Both the position numbers and the translations under genes were made by a program. A model generated the notes under the pieces. It made no database searches. It worked only from the letters and a program-made list of their open reading frames with translations, and was not told the DNA's origin. A stretch of DNA of 28,168 nt from Candidatus Auribacterota bacterium. GTDB lineage: Bacteria; Auribacterota; UBA6266. Where the stretch lies: contig JAGLRQ010000051.1 of NCBI GenBank assembly GCA_023136205.1, positions 1 to 28,168 of the forward strand, read 5' to 3'. Shown in pieces: positions 16,764 to 23,979 of the stretch (position 1 is its first letter; each line of letters starts with the position of its first letter).

Positions 16764-17641
16764 ATATTGTTCTATCTGACAGAAGAACCTGTCCTTATTG
16801 CGGTTCAGGCAGGTGGACTGTTAATTATAGCTTCAGGTATTATAAAGTGTGTGCCTGCAATTCCTGTTCGGGAGTTTTTCATAACCCGTATTTTTCAGAG
16901 AAAGAAGCGGTGAGATTTTTTTCTGATTCGGCCGGGGTTATCAATCCCAATGCCGAATCATATTATGACAGGAGTTTTGTGGAAAAACATGCCGGACATA
17001 CATTTAAAGTTTTTGACTGGCTGTTGGATTACCTGGAATCTCAAAGTGAAGGCAGAAGATTTTTAGACGTCGGTTTTGGCATGGGGTTTTTACTTGAAAA
17101 GGCGGGAAAAAGAGGATGGGACACTCTGGGTATAGATTTTTCGGATGAATACTATGATTACGCGAAAAACAAGTTGAATCTAAATGTACTAAAGACAGAT
17201 TTAGAAAATTTCGAATCTTTCGATAAAGAATTTGATGTAATTGTAATGTGGGATATAATAGAACATCTTGATGCTCCCGCGGACTCGGTAAAAAAAATAT
17301 ACGCGATGTTAAAGAAAGGCGGCCTTTTGGCGGTTGCTACTCCCAATGAGAAAAGCCTTATTGCCGATATGGCAAAGTTTATTTATAAAATTACTTTTGG
17401 GAAAATAAAAGAACCTTTAAAGTCTGTTTATGTTTTAGAACACCCTCTTTTCTTTGATGCGTTGTCCCTTGGCAGATTACTTGAAAAATGTGGTTTTAAT
17501 GTGATACTTTCTAAAAAGGATGAAACCGACCTGTGCAGGCTTAATTTGCGCGGGTTGAAGAATGTTACCGTGCGCCTTATTTTTAAGATTGCGCGTTTTA
17601 TAGGCAGGCAGAACAGAATAATTATGCTGGCAAGGAAATGA
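16760..17641 (+). CDS. Class I SAM-dependent methyltransferase with N-terminal 4-Cys zinc ribbon
   Basis: CPYCGS...x...CNSCSG at the N-terminus. SAM motif I is FLDVGFGMGFLLE, followed by post-I GIDFS and motif II VIVMWDIIEHL. The GTG start shares GTGA with the upstream stop (16760-16763). Confidence 0.85.
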   Translation: MNIVLSDRRTCPYCGSGRWTVNYSFRYYKVCACNSCSGVFHNPYFSEKEAVRFFSDSAGVINPNAESYYDRSFVEKHAGHTFKVFDWLLDYLESQSEGRRFLDVGFGMGFLLEKAGKRGWDTLGIDFSDEYYDYAKNKLNLNVLKTDLENFESFDKEFDVIVMWDIIEHLDAPADSVKKIYAMLKKGGLLAVATPNEKSLIADMAKFIYKITFGKIKEPLKSVYVLEHPLFFDALSLGRLLEKCGFNVILSKKDETDLCRLNLRGLKNVTVRLIFKIARFIGRQNRIIMLARK

Positions 17642-19149
17642 AGAATAAAAAGATAATTATTTTATTGGTTATATTGCTTGTAGGGTTTTTCGCCAGAATT
17701 GGACCGGTGAACAAACCGCTTCTTGGTAATTTTTCTTCATACCAGGCCGCTACCGCGATTATTGGGCGATTTATTGCCCGGGAAGGGCCTGAGGCTTTGC
17801 TGTATCCAAAAACAAATTTTCTTATATACGGACAACCGGCACTGCATATGCTTTATGTTCCGGGCGCGGCTTTTGCGGGGGGTATGCTCTGGAAAGTATT
17901 TAGTTTCTCTCTTGATTTTTGGGGAAGGTTTCAGGCTTCGTTTTTTACGATGCTTTCAGCTCTTTTGATTTATCTTATTATCCGCGGGTACTACGGTGAA
18001 AAAACAGGGCTTTTAAGCTGTTTTATTTTTAATGTTTTTCCGCTTTCTTTTGTTTATGGACAGAGTTTTATGAATGAGGCCTTCGCGTTTTTCTGTGTTA
18101 TCTGCTCGTTCTGGATATTATCCAATTTTAAGATAACTATGCGGTCTATTCTCTTTTCCGGGATTTTTGCGGCCGCATCGTTTTTGATGAGGATTCATTT
18201 TCTATGTGTTCTTCCCGCGCTGGTTTTCGTTTTGTGGCAGAGATCCGGGAAAAACAAGTTTTCAAATACGGCCGTTTTTATTATAGCCGTTTTTATTCCC
18301 GTTATATCCTGGTATTTACACACCTATAATGTTGCTTCTTCGATGGACAGCAATATCACAAGTATTTTCGCGCAAAAAGGGAAGCACTACGGTTCCTTTC
18401 CGCACCCTTTGCTTTTGAATATTGAGTTTTATAAATATGTAATTGATAGTTTGGGTGGCATATGTTTAAATCCGGCAGGTTTTGTTTTTATGATTATCGG
18501 GTTAGCCATTTTCAGGCCTGAAAATAAAATAGAATGGTTTATAATACTCTGGCTTTTGGGTTCTTTGGGTATAGTAGTACTTCTTCCACAGAAAATTTAT
18601 GACCACAACTTTTATTTTTATCCCATACTTTTTCCCGCGGCTTTGTTGATTTCAAATGTTGCTATTAAAATATTAAAAGGCAAGGGAACCGCGGTTAAGG
18701 TATTTCTTGGAGTCGTTTTTATCGCGATTTCCGCGAGGTATTTTATCAATCCGGCATTTAGTTATCCTGCCGAAATGTCTACGGTTCTTGACGCGGGCCG
18801 CTTTATCAGGGAAAACACTCCTGCCGATGCCAGGATAATCGTTTCTCCTGATGTTTACGATCAGCTTTATTACTGTGACAGGTATGGGTGGACATTCGAC
18901 GTTAAAGATGACAGCAGAAGCGGAAACTATTTTGATGTTGAATGGCTGAAATTGCTTATTAACTGCAGAATTAGAGATGGCGCTGATTTTTATGTGAGCG
19001 CTGATTTAAGGTCAATTAATAATTTGCCGGAATTTGTGGAATATCTGGATAAAAATTATGAAAATATATCTCCTGATGAAAGATTTGTTGTATATGTGCT
19101 GACAGAACCTGCCTGTTCGGCAGGCAGGAAGGAGAAACTGAATGAATAA
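17638..19149 (+). CDS. GT-C fold membrane glycosyltransferase (ArnT-like) no. 2
   Basis: 503-aa polytopic protein with about 11 TM helices and a soluble C-terminal domain, the architecture of ArnT/PMT_2-type enzymes. Sequence motifs are weaker than in no. 1. ATGA start/stop overlap at 17638-17641. The C-terminal tail EPACSAGRKEKLNE is encoded by the 21-nt palindrome. Confidence 0.65.
   Translation: MKNKKIIILLVILLVGFFARIGPVNKPLLGNFSSYQAATAIIGRFIAREGPEALLYPKTNFLIYGQPALHMLYVPGAAFAGGMLWKVFSFSLDFWGRFQASFFTMLSALLIYLIIRGYYGEKTGLLSCFIFNVFPLSFVYGQSFMNEAFAFFCVICSFWILSNFKITMRSILFSGIFAAASFLMRIHFLCVLPALVFVLWQRSGKNKFSNTAVFIIAVFIPVISWYLHTYNVASSMDSNITSIFAQKGKHYGSFPHPLLLNIEFYKYVIDSLGGICLNPAGFVFMIIGLAIFRPENKIEWFIILWLLGSLGIVVLLPQKIYDHNFYFYPILFPAALLISNVAIKILKGKGTAVKVFLGVVFIAISARYFINPAFSYPAEMSTVLDAGRFIRENTPADARIIVSPDVYDQLYYCDRYGWTFDVKDDSRSGNYFDVEWLKLLINCRIRDGADFYVSADLRSINNLPEFVEYLDKNYENISPDERFVVYVLTEPACSAGRKEKLNE
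19108..19128. repeat. GC-rich perfect palindrome CCTGCCTG-TTCGG-CAGGCAGG (copy 1)
   Basis: An 8-bp perfect stem with a 5-nt loop, inside the last codons of the GT-C gene and abutting the RBS AAGGAG (19129-19134) of the next gene. It is strikingly GC-rich against the AT-rich background. Confidence 0.9.
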
Positions 19150-19891
19150 AGCTCTTGTTGTAATTCCAACGTATAATGAAAAGAAAAACATAGTTAAGGT
19201 TTGTGAAAAAATTATGGCTCTTGAAACCTGCCTGTTCCTGCCCGTCCGGCAGGCGGGCGGCAGGCAGGCAGGATTTGATGTTTTGATTGTGGATGACAAT
19301 TCCCCTGATGGGACAGGTGAAATAGCTGATAATCTTTCTTCGTTGCATCCGGGAATACATGTTTTACATAGAAAGGAAAAAGGCGGTATAGGAAGCGCCT
19401 ACATTGAGGGATTTAAATGGGCTCTTGCTAAAGGGTACGATTACTTTTTTGAAATGGATGCTGACCTTTCACACAATCCTGACGACTTGGTTCGTTTGTT
19501 AAATGAGATGGATAGTTGTGATTTGTGCATTGGTTCGAGGTATATAGAGGGAGGCGGCGTTTTAAATTGGCCCATCTGGCGTATGTTGCTCAGCAAATTT
19601 GCCGCGAGATATTACACCAGAATTATTACGCGCATGCCTGTTCATGACGCGACAGCGGGTTTCAAGTGCTTTCGGAGAAGTGTTCTTGAATCTATTAACC
19701 TGGATGAAATACATTCAGAAGGATATTCCTTTCAGATTGAAATGCATTACAGGGCCTGGAAAAAGGGTTTTAAGATAAAGGAAATGCCAATAGTATTTAC
19801 TGACCGTCAGCATGGGCTTTCAAAGATGTCAAAGAAAGTGATATTCGAGGCGATTTTTATGGTCTGGAAAATAAAGTTTACTGTTAAATGA
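19142..19891 (+). CDS. Polyprenol-phosphate hexosyltransferase (GT2; Ppm1/DPM1/ArnC-like)
   Basis: VVIPTYNEKKNI ... VLIVDDNSPDGTGEI ... EMDADLSHNPDDL ... GSRYIEGGG ... DATAGFKCFRR ... GYSFQIEM are the canonical DPM1/Ppm1 motifs. It carries an extra ~15 aa (TCLFLPVRQAGGRQAG) between TYNE and VDD, encoded by the nested palindrome. Confidence 0.9.
   Translation: MNKALVVIPTYNEKKNIVKVCEKIMALETCLFLPVRQAGGRQAGFDVLIVDDNSPDGTGEIADNLSSLHPGIHVLHRKEKGGIGSAYIEGFKWALAKGYDYFFEMDADLSHNPDDLVRLLNEMDSCDLCIGSRYIEGGGVLNWPIWRMLLSKFAARYYTRIITRMPVHDATAGFKCFRRSVLESINLDEIHSEGYSFQIEMHYRAWKKGFKIKEMPIVFTDRQHGLSKMSKKVIFEAIFMVWKIKFTVK
19227..19272. repeat. Nested double copy of the same palindrome (copy 2 with a variant copy inserted at its centre)
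   Basis: The sequence reads CCTGCCTGTT [CCTGCCCGTC CGGCAGGCGGG] CGGCAGGCAGG CAGG. The outer halves equal the two halves of copy 1. The bracketed 21 nt differ from copy 1 at 3 positions. The whole element lies in frame inside the GT2 gene. Confidence 0.85.
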
Positions 19892-21387
19892 AAATCAAGA
19901 AAGCATTTCTTCTTTTTCCACCTTGCCCGATTCCCAAAATGTTTCCCAAAAGGGTTCAAATGCCCCTTGGGATAGCTTACCTTACATCAGTTCTCTTGAG
20001 CAAAAATATCGAAGTTGAAGTTCTTGACAGTCTTATTGAAGGATGGGATGAGGTTGTTGAAATTGATGAGCATAATGTTCAATTCGGGCTTAGGCCTGTT
20101 GAAATAGCTGAAAGGGTAAAAACCTTTTTGCCTGATATTATAGGTATATCCTGCATGTTCAGCATACAGGCAAAGGTTGTTTCTGAGATTGCGAAAGAAA
20201 TTAAAAAGAAACTTCCCTCTGTTAAGATTTTTGTTGGCGGCGCTCATCCTTCTTCAATGCCTGAAGACGCTGTTAGTGATGATAATATAGACTTCGCCAT
20301 TATTGGGGAAGGGGAAGAGACGGTTATTAGTCTTATTAGATGTTTGGGCGAGAACAAATCTCCCAGCGACATTGACGGGATTTGTTATAGGGAAGAAAAT
20401 GGTTCAATCGTTTTGAATCCAAAAACGCGTTATATCGGAAATCTGGATAATCTTTCGTTTCCCAACTGGGATTTTTTGCCGGTAGAAAAGTATTTTAGAT
20501 TGAACAGGCCCCACGGGACTATTACGAGAAACAACAGGATAATTCCTGTAGTTACGTCAAGAGGTTGTCCCGCAAAATGTGTTTTTTGTTCGATTCATCC
20601 AATATGGGGACGGAAATATCGGGCGCGCTCGCCTGAAAATGTTGTTAACGAAATTGAGGAGCTTGTTAAAAAGTACAACGTTCAGGAAATTCATATTGAA
20701 GATGACAATATGACGCTTGATAAAAGAAGAGCGGAGAAAATATGCGATCTTTTAATTGCGCGGCAAATTAAAGTTTCTTTTACTGCTCCGAACGGCCTTG
20801 CGGTCTGGGCTCTGGATGATGGACTTTTAAGAAAGCTCAAAAATGCGGGGTTTTACAGGCTTACGCTCGCGGTCGAGTCGGGAAGCCAAAGCACCTTGAC
20901 TAAGATAATCCATAAGCCCTTGAAGCTCGAAAAAGTTTTTGAGGTTATTGATTCTGCCAATAAAATTGGTTTTGACATAGATGTATTTTTTGTCGTTGGA
21001 TTTCCGGGAGAAACACCTGAAGAGATGCAAAAGACTTTTGACCTTGGGAAAAAGCTTGATGTATCAAGCGTAAAATATTTTGTAGCTACTCCGTATCCGG
21101 GCAGCGAGCTTTTGGATATTGCCCGAAAGGAAAAACTGATACCCGATAATTTTGACCCCAGGGATATAGGCATAAATGCGGTTAAGGGAAACATTACAAC
21201 TGAGTATTTTACACCGGAAGGACTTGAGAAAAAGGTACTCAAAGAAACAATGGCAACGCAGATTGCCCTTCTGAAGAAACATCCGTTAAAATACACATTT
21301 AACATTTTCAGAAATTATGTCCTTAAAGATCCCGGTGCTACGTTATCTTTTGCCTGTAAGACGCTGAAGAGCAAGTTTTTACGGTAA
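19888..21387 (+). CDS. B12-binding (class B) radical SAM enzyme
   Basis: The N-terminal cobalamin-binding Rossmann-like domain has MPLGIAYLTSVLL...PDIIGISCMFS...KIFVGGAHPS. It is followed by the radical SAM cluster motif TSRGCPAKCVFCS (CxxxCxxC, codons 20566-20589). ATGA overlap with the GT2 gene. Confidence 0.88.
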   Translation: MKIKKAFLLFPPCPIPKMFPKRVQMPLGIAYLTSVLLSKNIEVEVLDSLIEGWDEVVEIDEHNVQFGLRPVEIAERVKTFLPDIIGISCMFSIQAKVVSEIAKEIKKKLPSVKIFVGGAHPSSMPEDAVSDDNIDFAIIGEGEETVISLIRCLGENKSPSDIDGICYREENGSIVLNPKTRYIGNLDNLSFPNWDFLPVEKYFRLNRPHGTITRNNRIIPVVTSRGCPAKCVFCSIHPIWGRKYRARSPENVVNEIEELVKKYNVQEIHIEDDNMTLDKRRAEKICDLLIARQIKVSFTAPNGLAVWALDDGLLRKLKNAGFYRLTLAVESGSQSTLTKIIHKPLKLEKVFEVIDSANKIGFDIDVFFVVGFPGETPEEMQKTFDLGKKLDVSSVKYFVATPYPGSELLDIARKEKLIPDNFDPRDIGINAVKGNITTEYFTPEGLEKKVLKETMATQIALLKKHPLKYTFNIFRNYVLKDPGATLSFACKTLKSKFLR

Positions 21388-21463
21388 AATATTTTTTAAT
21401 CCAAAACTTCAAGTGCAACACGAAAAAGTAAGGGCATTTTTCAAAGGCAAAACTAAAAAATTT

Positions 21464-21520
21464 GCTTGACTTTTTGATATATTCTGACTATCGTTGACTA
21501 TTGTTGATAAGATATGATGT
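21464..21520 (+). promoter_or_regulatory. Putative promoter/operator with 10-bp-phased TTGAY repeats
   Basis: TTGACT 21466, TTGATA 21474, cTGACT 21484, TTGACT 21494, TTGATA 21504; the last four are exactly 10 bp apart. TGACTATCGT and TGACTATTGT are a tandem 10-mer. Candidate hexamer pairs are TTGACT(21466)-17 bp-TATCGT and CTGACT(21484)-18 bp-TAAGAT(21508). The true -35/-10 pair is ambiguous. The site lies in the largest intergenic gap between + strand genes (168 bp). Confidence 0.4.
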
Positions 21521-21555
21521 CTAATGAGTATTAGCGCTCAAATGGAGAAATCGTA

Positions 21556-21840
21556 ATGGAAATTAGGGAAAATGAGGTCTATACTGCTGAGGAAGCCCAA
21601 AAACTTCTGAAAGTCAGTTCCAGCACACTTATGAGAATGATTAAAAAAGGCTTGCTGAGAACTGGACGTGCGGGGAAGCAATACCGCATTTTGGGCAAAG
21701 AAATATTAAGAACTGTTTCACCAAAGCTTGAAGACAGGGTTGGTATTCTTTACAATAGGGGGCGGCATTGGGTTCATGAGGGAATTGATAAATCGCGGAA
21801 AAACCAGGAAACGAGAGGTGAAGAAGATGTTAAGAAATGA
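21556..21840 (+). CDS. Excisionase-family (MerR-superfamily) helix-turn-helix DNA-binding protein
   Basis: YTAEEAQKLLKVSSSTLMRMIKKGLLRTGRAGKQYRILGKEIL matches the 'DNA binding domain, excisionase family' pattern (HTH followed by ...YRI...). RBS GGAGA lies 7 nt upstream. The 3' end overlaps the pseB start by 14 nt. Confidence 0.78.
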   Translation: MEIRENEVYTAEEAQKLLKVSSSTLMRMIKKGLLRTGRAGKQYRILGKEILRTVSPKLEDRVGILYNRGRHWVHEGIDKSRKNQETRGEEDVKK

Positions 21841-22819
21841 TCTTTTCAAAAATAAGAGTGTTCTTGTAACAGGGGGAACGGGTTCGTTCGGCAAGAAAAT
21901 CACGGCGAAACTGCTTAAGGAACACAGCCCGAAAAAGGTAATAATCTATTCGAGAGATGAGCTTAAGCAGTTTGAAATGAGGCATATGCCCGAATTTAAA
22001 GACGTTGAAAGGCTTAGATATTTTATTGGAGATGTCCGTGATTATCCAAGGCTTAAAATGGCATTTCACGGGGTCGATTATGTGATTCACGCGGCCGCGT
22101 TAAAACAGGTTCCCGCGTGCGAGTATAACCCTTTCGAAGCGGTAAAAACCAATGTTTTAGGCGCGGAAAATATTATTACTGCCGCTATAGAAAATAATGT
22201 TAAAAAGGTAATAGCTCTCAGTACCGATAAAGCGGCAAATCCCGTAAATCTTTATGGCGCTACGAAGCTTTGTTCGGACAAACTTTTTATTTCGGGGAAT
22301 GCCTATGCCGCGGGTGAAACCACTCGGTTTAGTGTTGTTAGATACGGGAATGTGGTCGGTTCCCGGGGGAGTGTAATACCGCTGTTTAAGAAATTAAAAA
22401 ACACAGGGGCACTGCCTATTACGGATGAGAGGATGACGAGGTTTTGGATAACTCTGGACCAGACGGCGGACTTTGTTATTAAGTGTTTTGACAGAATGTG
22501 CGGAGGGGAATTGTTTGTTCCCAAAATTCCCAGCATGAAAATTGTAGACCTCGCGAAAGCTATTGTTCCCGGATGCGAATTTGAGTACATTGGAATCCGC
22601 CCGGGCGAGAAACTTCATGAAATCCTGATAACAAGGGATGATGCGAGGAGAACAGTTGACACTGAAGATATGTATGTTGTGGAACCCGATTTTGAATGGT
22701 GGGGAAATATAGAAAGCCATGTCCGGGGAAAAAAGGTTTCCGAAGATTTTGTTTACAGCAGCGATACCAATCCTGAATGGCTTACGGTTAAAGAACTAAA
22801 AAGCATGGTAGAAGAATGA
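21827..22819 (+). CDS. pseB: UDP-N-acetylglucosamine 4,6-dehydratase (inverting), PseB/FlaA1
   Basis: From ATG 21827 (RBS GAGGTG upstream) the protein reads MLRNDLFKNKSVLVTGGTGSFGKK...IIYSRDELKQFEM...FIGDVRD...IHAAALKQVPACEYNPFEAVKTNVLGA...ALSTDKAANPVNLYGATKLCSDKLF...FSVVRYGNVVGSRGSVIPLF...ITDERMTRFWITLD...GGELFVPKIPSMKIVDLAKA. This is near-colinear with H. pylori/C. jejuni PseB as I recall them. The ORF-track start at 21728 is an upstream in-frame extension. Confidence 0.9.
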   Translation: MLRNDLFKNKSVLVTGGTGSFGKKITAKLLKEHSPKKVIIYSRDELKQFEMRHMPEFKDVERLRYFIGDVRDYPRLKMAFHGVDYVIHAAALKQVPACEYNPFEAVKTNVLGAENIITAAIENNVKKVIALSTDKAANPVNLYGATKLCSDKLFISGNAYAAGETTRFSVVRYGNVVGSRGSVIPLFKKLKNTGALPITDERMTRFWITLDQTADFVIKCFDRMCGGELFVPKIPSMKIVDLAKAIVPGCEFEYIGIRPGEKLHEILITRDDARRTVDTEDMYVVEPDFEWWGNIESHVRGKKVSEDFVYSSDTNPEWLTVKELKSMVEE

Positions 22820-23979
22820 AGATTATTCCTTACGGCAAACAGGATATTGATAAGAGCGACATTGCTGAAGTAGTAAAAATACTTAAGTCTGATTTTATTA
22901 CACAGGGCACTGCCGTAAAGAAGTTTGAGGAGAAACTCGCGGGTTATTGCGGGGCTAAACATGCGGTAGCTGTGTCAAATGGAACTGCGGCTCTGCATAT
23001 TGCCTGTCTTGCTGCCGGCCTGACAAGATCGGATGAAGCCATAACAACACCTGTAACATTTCTATCCACGGCAAATTCTGTTTTATATACGGGCGCAAGG
23101 CCGGTTTTTGCGGATATAGATTACGAAACATTGAATATTAAACCGGAAGAAGTAAAAAAGAGAATCACAAAAAAAACAAAGGTGATTTTGCCTGTTCATT
23201 TCGCGGGGCTGCCCTGTGATATGAGAGAAATCTTTAAAATAGCGAAAGACAGAAATATAAGTGTTATAGAAGATGGCTGTCATTCTCTGGGTGCCGAATA
23301 TAAAGACAGGGGGAAATGGATTAAGGTTGGCAGCTGCGGGCATTCGGATATGACAGTGTTCAGTTTTCATCCTGTAAAACATATTACTACGGGTGAAGGC
23401 GGTGCAATTACCACGAATAACAAGAAATTATATGAAAAATTGATGGCATTAAGAACCCATGGTGTTTATAAAACTTCCTCTATGATGAAGAAGCATGGAT
23501 TATGGTATTACGAAATGAGAGAATTGGGTTTTAACTACAGGATAACTGATTTTCAGTGCGCGTTAGGCCTTTCTCAGCTTAAAAAATTAGAAGATTTCCT
23601 TAAAAAGAGAAGGATAATAGCAAATATATATAATGAAGCTTTTAAGAATATTGACGGTATTGACATTACTCCGGTGGATAAAAATAAAGGACACGCGTAC
23701 CATTTGTATATACTTAAAATAGATTTTAAAAAGTTTAAAACTACCAGGCAGAATTTTGTTTTAAAACTAAAAAAAGAAGGTATTTTAACGCAGGTGCATT
23801 ATATTCCCATTTATCGCCAGCCCTATTACGCGAAAAGGTATCCTCGTAAAGTTGAAAATTTTCCTATGGCTGAAAAATATTATAAAAAAGCGGTATCCAT
23901 ACCGATGTATTCCGGGATGAGCGGTAAGGAAATTAAAAAAGTGGTTGCCGTGATTAAGAATTTATTGTTAGGCAGTTAA
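22816..23979 (+). CDS. pseC: UDP-4-amino-4,6-dideoxy-N-acetyl-beta-L-altrosamine transaminase (DegT family), PseC
   Basis: IPYGKQDIDKSDIAEVVKILKSDFITQG at the N-terminus and the PLP-lysine motif SFHPVKHITTGEGG are characteristic of PseC. ATGA overlap with pseB. Confidence 0.85.
   Translation: MKIIPYGKQDIDKSDIAEVVKILKSDFITQGTAVKKFEEKLAGYCGAKHAVAVSNGTAALHIACLAAGLTRSDEAITTPVTFLSTANSVLYTGARPVFADIDYETLNIKPEEVKKRITKKTKVILPVHFAGLPCDMREIFKIAKDRNISVIEDGCHSLGAEYKDRGKWIKVGSCGHSDMTVFSFHPVKHITTGEGGAITTNNKKLYEKLMALRTHGVYKTSSMMKKHGLWYYEMRELGFNYRITDFQCALGLSQLKKLEDFLKKRRIIANIYNEAFKNIDGIDITPVDKNKGHAYHLYILKIDFKKFKTTRQNFVLKLKKEGILTQVHYIPIYRQPYYAKRYPRKVENFPMAEKYYKKAVSIPMYSGMSGKEIKKVVAVIKNLLLGS

Noticed and set aside
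19012-19360. Minus-strand ORFs 19012-19299 and 19016-19360 spanning the palindromes
   Set aside because: They are a by-product of the palindromic GC-rich repeats reading open in several frames. They overlap the canonical Ppm1-like motifs on the + strand.
21728-21826. Upstream in-frame extension of pseB (track start 21728)
   Set aside because: The extension (MKTGLVFFTIGGGIGFMRELINRG...) has no counterpart in PseB proteins and overlaps the HTH gene. ATG 21827, with a GAGGTG RBS, gives the canonical PseB N-terminus.
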